Positions 9,351 to 17,837 of a DNA stretch of 64,000 nucleotides are shown in pieces. A model generated the notes under the pieces. The model saw only the letters and a program-made list of their open reading frames with translations, did no database searches and had not been told where the DNA came from. Source of the DNA: Gaiellales bacterium (GTDB lineage: Bacteria; Actinomycetota; Thermoleophilia; Gaiellales; JAICJC01). Both the position numbers and the translations under genes were made by a program. Location of the stretch: positions 79,904-143,903 of the forward strand of contig JBBRMM010000003.1 of assembly GCA_038230835.1 (NCBI GenBank), given 5' to 3'. The stretch's first letter is position 1; each line of letters begins with the position of its first letter.

Positions 9351-10958
9351 TCAGGCTGCCTCGTCGAGTGCCTCCTCGGTGCCTTCGCGTGGGTCGCTGG
9401 TCTGCTGCTCAGCTAGGTGCCTGCGGACGCTGGCGGGTGCGACGCGACGGGCGAGCTTGCCGAGGAGCTCGGAGGTTGCGAGCAACTCGGGCTCGTAGAT
9501 GCCTTGCCGGTCGGCGTTCGGCAGCCCGTCCGTGTCGGCCAGCCGTTGTGCGACGAGGAGGCGCAATACGACCGCGAGCGCGTCCTCGGGCGTGCGGGTG
9601 CGCCGGAGGGCGGCGAGGGCCCCGGCGTGGTGCTCCCGCTCGGCGTCGGCGCCGCGTGGGTAGCGGACGGTCTCCCTGCCTTGCTTGTTTGTCGTGGCCG
9701 ACTGGTCGACGCAGAGCCGGTGCGCCCAGGCGGCCGCGCGTCCGTGGTGCTCGAGCACGATCTGCCCGAGGAGCTTGATCGCGTCCGTGTCGAGCTTCGG
9801 CTGCCAACGGGCGAGGGCTGCGCCGAGGTCGAGGTTGCGCGACCGGGCCGAAACGCGCGCCTCGTGCTGCCGCTCGCGCTCGCGGCGGCGCTCCTCCTTG
9901 GCGCCATCGTCCTGCGATGCCGAGGGGCCGCGGGAGTCGCGCTGCTCCCTGCGCTCGGCCTCCGCTGCCGTGTGGGCGGCGATCCTCTGCACGAGCCGAT
10001 CCGCGAGCCAGCCGGGATCGGTGACGTAGCGGTGCTCGCGTCCGCTGTGGCCCGGAAGTTCGAGCAGGCACCCGAACGCGCGCGCGGCGTCGGCGTCATC
10101 GTCTACGAGCGCGAAGCAGTCCCGCTCCCGGCGCTCTTCGGTCTGGCTGGCCTGCCAGTCGTGCTCGGACGTTTGCGGGATCGCGGGCAGTGCTCGGTAG
10201 GCGTTCTCGATCGTTTGCGCGTGGTCGCCGAACTTCGCGAGCACGGCCGCGAGCCTGTCGTCTGCGGGCGGGGTGACCGGGCCGCGGAAGCCGCCGACGC
10301 TGTAGGCGACCGGGTGCAGCGGCTGGCCGTTGTCGGCCCACTCGGCGCGCAGCACGTCGTCGAGTACCTCACCGGGGGCGGTGGGGAACGCTGCGGCATC
10401 GTGCGGGCGCTCGCTCAGCCAGAGGGCGGCCAGGTCTGCGAGGAGCGGCTCGCGCTCGGCTATCCGGAGGAGCACGGGCGCGCAGGCGAGCGGCACCCGA
10501 CGGGCCGCGATCAGCTGCGCCGTCTCGTCGGGGAGGCGGAGCAGGTCGAGCCGGTCCGAGATCAAGCGCTCGCTCTTGCCGACGAGCTTCGCCACCTTCG
10601 CCGCATCGCCGTGCTCGTCGGCGAGGCGGCGGTAGGCGCGAGCCTCCTCCATGGGGCTGAGGTCTGCGCGGATCACGTTCTCCGCGACCGCGAGCGTGAG
10701 CGTTGCGCCGTCTGCCTCACGGATCTGTGCGGGCACCTCGCGGAGCTTTGCGGCCTTTGCCGCCCGGTAGCGGCGCTCCCCGGCGATGATCGCATAGCGG
10801 CCGTCGCCGTCGTGGGACAGCGTCAGCGGGGTGATGATCCCGTAACGCTTCACGGAGTCGATCAGCTCGGCCATGCGTTCGTCGTCGAAGACCGTGCGCG
10901 GGTTGCAGTCGCTCGGGCGGATCTTGGCGAGCGGGATCATGCTCAGGCTGGTGGTCAT
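9351..10958 (-). CDS. ParB/Srx N-terminal domain protein with a long uncharacterised C-terminal region
   Basis: 535 aa. The ParB-like domain shows IPLAKIRPSDCNPRTVFDDERMAELIDSVKRYGIITPLTL and IIAGERRYRAAKAA. Its start overlaps the stop of the DUF932 gene by 4 nt. Confidence 0.8.
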   Translation of the reverse strand: MTTSLSMIPLAKIRPSDCNPRTVFDDERMAELIDSVKRYGIITPLTLSHDGDGRYAIIAGERRYRAAKAAKLREVPAQIREADGATLTLAVAENVIRADLSPMEEARAYRRLADEHGDAAKVAKLVGKSERLISDRLDLLRLPDETAQLIAARRVPLACAPVLLRIAEREPLLADLAALWLSERPHDAAAFPTAPGEVLDDVLRAEWADNGQPLHPVAYSVGGFRGPVTPPADDRLAAVLAKFGDHAQTIENAYRALPAIPQTSEHDWQASQTEERRERDCFALVDDDADAARAFGCLLELPGHSGREHRYVTDPGWLADRLVQRIAAHTAAEAERREQRDSRGPSASQDDGAKEERRRERERQHEARVSARSRNLDLGAALARWQPKLDTDAIKLLGQIVLEHHGRAAAWAHRLCVDQSATTNKQGRETVRYPRGADAEREHHAGALAALRRTRTPEDALAVVLRLLVAQRLADTDGLPNADRQGIYEPELLATSELLGKLARRVAPASVRRHLAEQQTSDPREGTEEALDEAA

Positions 10959-11998
10959 GAGAGCGTTCCTCCTTCGGTTAGGAGCACGAGCGCGCGATCC
11001 TTCAGCGCGGCCGGCTCGGTGGCGCGCTCGAAGCGCGCTTCGCGGTGGCTGCGGCTCGCTGTCTCGCGTGTCGGCTGTGTGTGGTCGACGTAGGCGGCCA
11101 CTCCCTGCAATGCGCCCCAGCGCGTACCAGTGATATTCGCGAGATCGGGGGTTGCCGTGTAGGCGGTCGCGATCGCCTCGCGGACGCGCTCGGCGTTACG
11201 GACGGCGCGGCCGCCGCTGGTCGGATCGTGGCGCGGCTCGGGCATGGGAACGAGGGCGGCGAGGAAGCGCTCGAATTCGGCGCCGCTGATCGGCTCGCGG
11301 AGCAGGCGTCCGCCGATCTGCTCCAGCTCGTCGTAGTAGCGCCAGGCGATCCCGAGCGTGCGGCGGGCGTCGATGAGCCGTGCGTCGAGGTTGGCGGTGT
11401 GGCGGGCCTTCCACACGCGGGCGGCGCCATCGAGCGGGAGCATCATCCCGTTGAGGCACGCGAGCCGGAATGGGGCGACGCTGATCGTCACGGCGAGGCC
11501 GCCGTCGTGGCCGTTGCGGAAGCAGAGCAGCGGCAGTACGTCTTCCCCCTCCGCGTCCCCGATGCGGATCTCGCGGTCGAGTTGCATCAGCGCGTGCACG
11601 CGGGCGCCGCCGCGCGTCTCACCCGCGCCGAGCCAGTGCGCCTCGCCGCTGTCGGTGATCGCGTCGCAGAACGCGAACGCGGCCCGGTTCTGCAGCGGCT
11701 CGTAGCCCTTGCCGACGACACCAAGTACCGTCCCTGTGTCGCTGCGCAGGTTTGCGACGACGCGCGGCACCGGCACGCGGCGCGGCCCGTCGTCGTCGTG
11801 GTCGCCGAGCACTGCTTCGAGCGGATATTGCTCGACAGTCCAAGCAAGGTCGGCGGCATCAATCATCGCCGCTGCCGAGCACCCCTCCTCGGGGCGCAGG
11901 GCTCGCACAACTTCGCCCCATCCGGACGGCCGCCCGCCGAACCAGAGCGGTGATCGGGCGTCCTTGATGCGGTAGCTCGGTGTCTCCATTGTCGTCAT
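10955..11998 (-). CDS. DUF932 (phage/plasmid-like TIGR03299 type) protein
   Basis: 347 aa. Sequence character and its fixed position next to a ParB-like gene fit the DUF932 family common in ICEs and plasmids. The call is from memory of the family, not a search. Confidence 0.65.
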   Translation of the reverse strand: MTTMETPSYRIKDARSPLWFGGRPSGWGEVVRALRPEEGCSAAAMIDAADLAWTVEQYPLEAVLGDHDDDGPRRVPVPRVVANLRSDTGTVLGVVGKGYEPLQNRAAFAFCDAITDSGEAHWLGAGETRGGARVHALMQLDREIRIGDAEGEDVLPLLCFRNGHDGGLAVTISVAPFRLACLNGMMLPLDGAARVWKARHTANLDARLIDARRTLGIAWRYYDELEQIGGRLLREPISGAEFERFLAALVPMPEPRHDPTSGGRAVRNAERVREAIATAYTATPDLANITGTRWGALQGVAAYVDHTQPTRETASRSHREARFERATEPAALKDRALVLLTEGGTLS

Positions 11999-12015
11999 GT
12001 CTGCTTCTCCCTTCG

Positions 12016-12255
12016 CTATGCGGCGGCGCGATTGCCCGCCGCGACGATGAACCGCTCCGGCTCCTCGGCGATTGCCTGGCCAATGAATGTCGCGATCCCA
12101 GCCGCGAGCCAGACCGCCTCGCGCTCGGCGTCATCGAGACCATCTCCGTAGCCCTCGGCCGCCGCCTCTGCCGCCTCCACGGGCAGACACTCGACGAGCC
12201 GCACCTGCTGGATCAGGAACTCCGACAAATGCTCTTGATCGATCCGGTACCTCAT
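12016..12255 (-). CDS. Small acidic hypothetical protein
   Basis: 79-aa ORF, co-directional with the flanking genes and 17 nt upstream of DUF932. I recognise no motif. Confidence 0.45.
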   Translation of the reverse strand: MRYRIDQEHLSEFLIQQVRLVECLPVEAAEAAAEGYGDGLDDAEREAVWLAAGIATFIGQAIAEEPERFIVAAGNRAAA

Positions 12256-12300
12256 GCGTCTCCTCTCGCTGTGAATCCGAGTTAACCCCTCGGGCCGTGG

Positions 12301-12322
12301 GAAACCGCCGCCCTCGGCGGCG
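12301..12322 (-). terminator. Candidate intrinsic terminator after the HTH gene
   Basis: A 7-bp GC stem (CGCCGCC-CTC-GGCGGCG, 12306-12322) is followed on the minus strand by TTTC. Confidence 0.3.
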
Positions 12323-12349
12323 TCACCTTCGGTGGCTGTGTGTCTCGAA

Positions 12350-12553
12350 CTACTCCGCCGGATTCAGTCGGCCCGTGTCGCGCGCCCAGCGCTCCACGCT
12401 CGTCCAGCGCCACACCTCCGACCGGCCGAGGCGTCCGACCGGTCGAGGGAAGTCAGAGCGATTCGCGAGAACCGAGACGCGGGCACGGGAGATACGAAGC
12501 CGCTCAGCAATGTCGGCGGCGATCACGAGCTCGGTCTGCGCATCGACACGCAT
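12350..12553 (-). CDS. Excisionase/AlpA-like helix-turn-helix DNA-binding protein
   Basis: 67 aa. IAADIAERLRISRARVSVLANRSDFPRPV and WRWTSVERWA resemble the MerR/Xis-type small HTH proteins of actinobacterial mobile elements. Confidence 0.65.
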   Translation of the reverse strand: MRVDAQTELVIAADIAERLRISRARVSVLANRSDFPRPVGRLGRSEVWRWTSVERWARDTGRLNPAE

Positions 12554-12593
12554 CCGCCAACATTAACTCAGATCAACTGGGGCGGCGATGGGA

Positions 12594-15500
12594 TCACGCG
12601 CTCGCTTCGGCGAGCTCGACAAAGCGACAGAGGGCGTTCGCGAGCTTCAGATGCTCGACGGTGCGGCAGTCGACCTCGAGGAGCCGCGGCGAGCAGGCCA
12701 CGTATGCGAGGCACTGCGCCCGCGAGACGGCGACGTTCAGCCGGTTGCGCGACATCAGGAAGTCGAGCCCACGCGGAACGTCCTCGCCGCTCGACGACGC
12801 CATCGAGTAGAAGACGACTGCGGCTTCACGTCCCTGGAACTTGTCGACTGTTCCCACCTCGACGCTGCGCGGGAGCCGCTCGCGGAGCAGACGCACCTGC
12901 GCGTTGTACGGTGCAACGACCATCACGTCTGCGTGGCGGAGCGGGCGCTCCCCCTGGCGGTCGCGAAATGTGTGGCCGACGAGCCGTTCGATCTCCGTCG
13001 CGATCGCGACTGCTTCCTCCTCTGAGGCGACGCGGTTTCCCTCATGGGAGACATCGAACCAGCGCACGCCGACTCCGTCGGAGGTCGTGCGTTCGGCACA
13101 CGCGGGAATCGAACCAAGCCGGCCCTCGTAGAACGCTTGCGAGATAAACCGGCAGACCGTTGGGTGCATGCGCCGGGTCTCTTCGAGGAAGACGCCCATG
13201 TTCTCCGGGATCGTCTCGTGGTCGCCCAAGACGTGTTCGAGCACGCTTGCCCTCGAGCCGTACGGGTGGACGCCCTGCGTCACCTGCCCGAGCTGTAGCG
13301 GGTCGCCGAGCAGGACGAGCCGCTTGGCCGACGTCCCGCAGGCGAGGGCGTCGGCGAGGCTGAACTGGCCCGCCTCGTCGACGACGAGCGTGTCGAACTC
13401 CCCGTCGAGCTCCTCGCGGGCAAACAGCCACGCCGTGCCGGCGACGAGCGTCACGTCCGGGTCGAGTAAGGCCGCGATCGACGCACTTGTCTTGACGTGT
13501 GCGCTCTCGAAGTGATCGCCGCGCTTGACCCCCTTGAAGTCGAGGCCCTCCTCGGCGGCCGCGCGCTCCACCTCGGCGAGCAGGTTGTGGATCACCCTGT
13601 GGCTCTGAGCCGTGATCCCGACCTTCCTCCCCTGTGCGAGCAGGTGCGTGATCAGCCGAGCGCCGCGGTAAGTCTTGCCCGACCCGGGCGGCCCCTGGAC
13701 GACGAGGTACGAGTCCTCGAGCCGATCAAGCACGTCGCGCTGGTCGGCAAGCTCGCGGCACTGCATGAGCGCGCCGCAAAGCGGAAGCTCGCAGCGGAGC
13801 AGCCGCTCGAGGTGCATGTACCGGCCGTCGCCGGCGAGAAGCGAGCTGGCGAGCCGGCGGAGCGCCGCCTGCTGCGCCTTCGTGCCGATCGGCCCGCCAG
13901 GCACGAGTGATGTCGGCAGTGGCGCATCGCGCATCTCCTTGCTACGCCGCAACCGGACAACGCCGGTCGCGTTGTCGATCGTAGACACGGTCCAGCCGGT
14001 CCCTTCCTCACGAGGATCCTCACCCCCGTCGCCCTCGTCGAACTGGTGCTGCTGCGGCGGGAAGGTGAACGTCCACTCGAGTGACTTCGCACGGGGATTC
14101 GCAATCGAGAGATCGACAGGCTCCGCACCGTCGTGCTCGAGAGAGCCGATCGCCTCGCCGTCGTCCGCGAGCTCCTCATCGGTCATGCGCAGCCGGCGGA
14201 AATACCACCACCAACCCGGGCGAGCCTCTCGGCGGTGGTACTCGAGCAAGCGTGCGGCAAGCTCCCGGCCGTCGCCATCGCTCGCGTCCGCCAGGAGAGC
14301 GTCCCGGAGGCGCGCGGTCTCGGCCGGCGCCTCGTCGTGCTCGGCCTCGGGTCGCCCCTCAGGCGGCGGCAGAAACGGGATCGGGACACCGTGCTCGCGC
14401 TCGGCCTCGGGCAGCCGAGAGAGCAGCCAGCCACGCAGCTCGAGCGTGGCCAGGCAGTCCTCCTCGTTGTAGGCGGCGATCGCGTCAAGGCGCGCGGCGT
14501 CCTTGTCGTCGAGCCAGCGTTCGAACTCGATCACCGCCTCGTTGCCCGAGCTGACCTCAGCGCGCCGCGTGAAGAAGAGCTTCTCGACGTCCTTGAGCGA
14601 GTAGGAGTCGACGCCGGCGCGGATCCCTTGGCGGACGACCTGGAGAAGGTCGACGAAGATCTCGCCGCGAAGGAACTCGTCGATCTCCTCCTCACGCGTG
14701 GCGTGCGTGCCCATCAGGCGAGCGAGGGTCGAGGGCTCGTAGGTCGCGTAGTGGTAGACGTGCATGTCGGAAAACGCCTGTCTCCGTTCCCCGACGAGAT
14801 CGACGAACTCTTCGAACGCGCGGAGTTCCCCATCGCGGTCATGGGCCCAGAAAGGCCGGTACGTTGTCGTGCCGCCTGGGTCGCGGCAGAGCACCCCGAA
14901 CAGGAACTCGAGGCCCTCGGCCGGGTCGTAGAACGGATCGCCCTCCATGTCGAAGAACAGGTCGCCAGGCGAGGGAGCCGGGAGAAGCCCGAGTCCGCGC
15001 CGCTCCTCGGGCACGAGCAGCCGGTGCGTGAGCTCGTCGGTGCGGTAGCGGTGGAGCTGGAGGGCAGACTGATCGCACAGCTTCTCCACCATCGCCGGAG
15101 CGAGGCGACGCACCGCGAGCCCGGCCGGAGCCTCACCGAGGGCCGTCAGCGTCGTGATATCGACGGTCGCGAGCTTGCCGATCTGATCACGCCGGATCGA
15201 TGCAACCCGCGTCAAGTGATCGTCGGCCACCCAGCGGTCGCGACAAACGGGCACGAAGTCGCAGCGTGAGCAGTGCTCGCACGGCCACGGGTACGTCTCC
15301 GGTGTGTCCTCAACGTGGGCGCGTAGGCGCCGCTGCGCGATACGAAGGTAGGCTTCGACGTCTGCCGGTCTGTACGTCTCGACTTCAGCCGTGCCGAGCA
15401 CAACGTGCAGGCACTCCGGCAACCGCCCTTGAATCGCGGCGATCTCACCTGCGTACCACGCCAGCTGGAGCACCGCGGCCGGTTTGGCGCTGCGCGCGAG

Positions 15501-15914
15501 CTTCGTATCGTAGGGCTCGTAACTCCAGCCTCCGAGGTCCGAGGGCTCGTCGATCCGGACGAGGAAGTCGGCGCGTCCGCGCCAGCCGGCACGTGGGAAA
15601 GTCGCCTGGTAGATGACGTCTGCGCCTGCACACATCGCGGCGATGGTGGTCGCATGAGCCTCGTCGAAGGCGGCGGGGTGTTCCGGTAGCTCGACCTCGG
15701 CGATCGCGCGGCCATTGGCCCGGAGCTCCTCGAGGTACCGCTTCTCGTGCAGGTCGCCCTTGTCGGCGACAAGCTGCGCGAGCGCCTCGCGGATGTGCGG
15801 CTTCGTCCGTCTTCTGTGCGCGGTCTCCAGTTCGAGCGTGGTCAGGTGCGGACACGCGAGGTAGTTCGAGAGGTCGGACGGAGAGAGAAGAAGTTGGCCG
15901 TCGTGCAGCTGCAT
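12594..15914 (-). CDS. Three-domain protein: Cas4/AddB-like PD-(D/E)XK nuclease with a Cys cluster, an RNase-H-like (YprB/TM0106-type) exonuclease domain, and a Dna2/Upf1-like SF1 helicase
   Basis: 1106 aa.
- N-terminal nuclease: YLACPH, GRADFLV, YEPYDTKL, CEHCSRCDFVPVC (pattern C...CxxCx5C).
- Middle exonuclease: FFDMEGDP, HVYHYATYE, AYNEEDC.
- C-terminal helicase: VVQGPPGSGKTY, LVVDEAGQ, LLGDPLQLGQV, VDKFQGREA, LNVAVSRAQ. Confidence 0.85.
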   Translation of the reverse strand: MQLHDGQLLLSPSDLSNYLACPHLTTLELETAHRRRTKPHIREALAQLVADKGDLHEKRYLEELRANGRAIAEVELPEHPAAFDEAHATTIAAMCAGADVIYQATFPRAGWRGRADFLVRIDEPSDLGGWSYEPYDTKLARSAKPAAVLQLAWYAGEIAAIQGRLPECLHVVLGTAEVETYRPADVEAYLRIAQRRLRAHVEDTPETYPWPCEHCSRCDFVPVCRDRWVADDHLTRVASIRRDQIGKLATVDITTLTALGEAPAGLAVRRLAPAMVEKLCDQSALQLHRYRTDELTHRLLVPEERRGLGLLPAPSPGDLFFDMEGDPFYDPAEGLEFLFGVLCRDPGGTTTYRPFWAHDRDGELRAFEEFVDLVGERRQAFSDMHVYHYATYEPSTLARLMGTHATREEEIDEFLRGEIFVDLLQVVRQGIRAGVDSYSLKDVEKLFFTRRAEVSSGNEAVIEFERWLDDKDAARLDAIAAYNEEDCLATLELRGWLLSRLPEAEREHGVPIPFLPPPEGRPEAEHDEAPAETARLRDALLADASDGDGRELAARLLEYHRREARPGWWWYFRRLRMTDEELADDGEAIGSLEHDGAEPVDLSIANPRAKSLEWTFTFPPQQHQFDEGDGGEDPREEGTGWTVSTIDNATGVVRLRRSKEMRDAPLPTSLVPGGPIGTKAQQAALRRLASSLLAGDGRYMHLERLLRCELPLCGALMQCRELADQRDVLDRLEDSYLVVQGPPGSGKTYRGARLITHLLAQGRKVGITAQSHRVIHNLLAEVERAAAEEGLDFKGVKRGDHFESAHVKTSASIAALLDPDVTLVAGTAWLFAREELDGEFDTLVVDEAGQFSLADALACGTSAKRLVLLGDPLQLGQVTQGVHPYGSRASVLEHVLGDHETIPENMGVFLEETRRMHPTVCRFISQAFYEGRLGSIPACAERTTSDGVGVRWFDVSHEGNRVASEEEAVAIATEIERLVGHTFRDRQGERPLRHADVMVVAPYNAQVRLLRERLPRSVEVGTVDKFQGREAAVVFYSMASSSGEDVPRGLDFLMSRNRLNVAVSRAQCLAYVACSPRLLEVDCRTVEHLKLANALCRFVELAEASA

Positions 15915-16053
15915 CAGGAGGAGTATCGACGGTCACTCGGCTGATGGCTACGCGCAGCCTTGAGTCTGGCGCTGGCGGCGAGACCAGCGCGCACGTTCGG
16001 GATGAAGCACACCGTGGAGAAATGACCGTCGCTTCGCTAACCGCTTCCGCTAA

Positions 16054-17680
16054 CCTCGATTCTGCGTGGGGATGGTTGAGGTGGTGTCGGTGGGGTTGTG
16101 ACAGTGGTGGCGTATGCGGGTTGGTGGCCAGGTGCCGGTGTTCGCGTGATGGTCTGGTTTTCTTGCATGCTGCGGCTGGCGTACGGGGCGTGATCACCGC
16201 TCGCCGGTTGCCGGTGAGGTGGGAGTTACATGGGCATCGCGACCGTGATCTGTTTGGCGCGCTGGTAGGCGTCGAGTAGGTGGGTTGTCCACGGCCATGT
16301 GCGGGGTAGGTGGAGGGTGTGTTGACGGCCGTGGTGGGTGATCCGCCCGGCGACGGCGATGAGCGTGAAACGGAGTGTTTGTGGCTCTGTCCACACGCTT
16401 TCGGTGGGGCGCGCGAGGCCGTGTGTCCAGGCGATCAGATCCTGCGCCAAGAGCACGACTTGCAGCCACGTGTGATTGGCCATGAAGCCGCCGAAGGGCA
16501 GGTTTTTGAGGCCCAGCTGGCGCGCTTCGCGGATGCGATCCTCGACGATCGCGTGGTGGCGGTGTGCCCGCTCGATCATGGCCGCGTCCGCCACCTGATC
16601 GTTGGTGATGCAGGCCAGGTAGCGGTGCCCGTCGGCGTCGGAGAAGGACAGTTGCGCACCGGGGTGGGGCCGCTCGCGACGCACGATCAGGCGCAGATGC
16701 GCCGGCCAGCCGGGGTGGGCCGGCCAGCTCGCCTCAGCCAGCCAGGCGCCCTCACGAGGGCTGCCATCCACCTCCGTGATCGGCCGCCAGGCATCGTCTG
16801 CGACCGCCATGATGGCGTCGCGGACCGGGCCGTGCAGCCTCGCCCCGACCACGAACCGCACGCCTCGCTGGCACAACCCCCAGACCACGTCTTTGGCGTA
16901 GCCCGCGGTGTCGGCGCGCACCACCACGTCTTGAGGCGAGACGCTTGCAGGCAACTGCTCAAGCGCCAGGTCAACCACCTCCAACTGGTCTTCGGCGTCC
17001 AGCGCCGAGGCGCAACCGGGCCGCAGGATCCCGGCCAGCGCCTCGCCCGTCTCCGCCAAGTAGGCGACCAACGGGTGAAACCCGAACCCCTGCTTATAGG
17101 TCGCAAACGCCGCCTCCTTCTCGTCTGTGTGGCTGGTCACCAGATGCACGTCGATGTCGATCGTGACCGTCTCGGGTCGCAGACCCGCCTGCCAGGCCCG
17201 CGCACGCGTGGCCGCCCGCCCCGCCGTCAGCCCTGCCAGCGGCGCGCCCACCAGCCGCTCAGCCAATAGCCGCCACGCGGTCGAGTCGTGCGCGGTCGCG
17301 TCTGCAAACAGGGCTGGCTGGTCACGCAACCCACGCAGATGCATCACGCAGTCGCCACCAGCAATCAACATCTGCGCCAAACGCACCAGCGTCCGACCCG
17401 GCGGCTGCGAGCGATACGCCAATCCCACCGCCTCGGTCAACTCCCGCTCCAGGCCCAGCCGCTGCGCCACCTCATCCACCACCACCAGGCCCGCGTGGGA
17501 CACCAACCGATCATCGTCAGCCACCAACCGCAACGTCCGACGCCGCTTCCTATGCTTCACCATCCGGGTGACCTCCTGACGCGGGCCTCGCGGCTGCCCA
17601 TACAGCCCGTCTCCCCGCTCAGGGGGTCATTCTTCTTCTCCCACCGGACGACGCCACCCCACCCTCACGCAGAATCGAGG
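16054..17680 (-). mobile_element. IS1380-family insertion sequence (1627 bp) with imperfect terminal inverted repeats and a 4-bp target-site duplication
   Basis: The left end CCTCGATTCTGCGTGGGGATGG (from 16054) matches the reverse complement of the right end, CCTCGATTCTGCGTGAGGGTGG (to 17680). CTAA is present at 16050-16053 and again at 17681-17684. A single transposase ORF lies inside. Confidence 0.85.
16226..17563 (-). CDS. IS1380-family DDE transposase
   Basis: 445 aa. The N-terminus KHRKRRRTLRLVADDDRLVSHAGLVVVDEVAQRLGLE and the overall length and organisation are typical of IS1380 transposases. Confidence 0.85.
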   Translation of the reverse strand: MVKHRKRRRTLRLVADDDRLVSHAGLVVVDEVAQRLGLERELTEAVGLAYRSQPPGRTLVRLAQMLIAGGDCVMHLRGLRDQPALFADATAHDSTAWRLLAERLVGAPLAGLTAGRAATRARAWQAGLRPETVTIDIDVHLVTSHTDEKEAAFATYKQGFGFHPLVAYLAETGEALAGILRPGCASALDAEDQLEVVDLALEQLPASVSPQDVVVRADTAGYAKDVVWGLCQRGVRFVVGARLHGPVRDAIMAVADDAWRPITEVDGSPREGAWLAEASWPAHPGWPAHLRLIVRRERPHPGAQLSFSDADGHRYLACITNDQVADAAMIERAHRHHAIVEDRIREARQLGLKNLPFGGFMANHTWLQVVLLAQDLIAWTHGLARPTESVWTEPQTLRFTLIAVAGRITHHGRQHTLHLPRTWPWTTHLLDAYQRAKQITVAMPM

Positions 17681-17757
17681 CTAACCAACGTGAGAGGTTG
17701 GCCGGGGGACGGCTGCCTGCCAAGGAAGTGTCTGTGCCCACGAGGGTGGCGGGTCGG

Positions 17758-17786
17758 TTGACTGTCCCGGCTAGGCTCCGATTCAT
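17758..17786 (+). promoter_or_regulatory. Weak candidate promoter for the BREX operon (TTGACT-N17-ATTCAT)
   Basis: A good -35 hexamer but a poor -10, located between the IS right end and brxF. Confidence 0.2.
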
Positions 17787-17837
17787 GCGTCAGCTTTACG
17801 GTGCTCCTCGCGACTTCAACCGCGATGGTTTGCGGCG

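Noticed and set aside
9417-11093. 558-aa ORF antisense to the ParB-like gene
   Set aside because: It is a shadow ORF of the ParB-like and DUF932 genes, with no motifs and an Arg/Gly/Val-rich composition.
16310-17269. 319-aa ORF antisense to the IS1380 transposase
   Set aside because: It sits inside the IS opposite a well-recognised transposase, and its composition is that of a shadow ORF.
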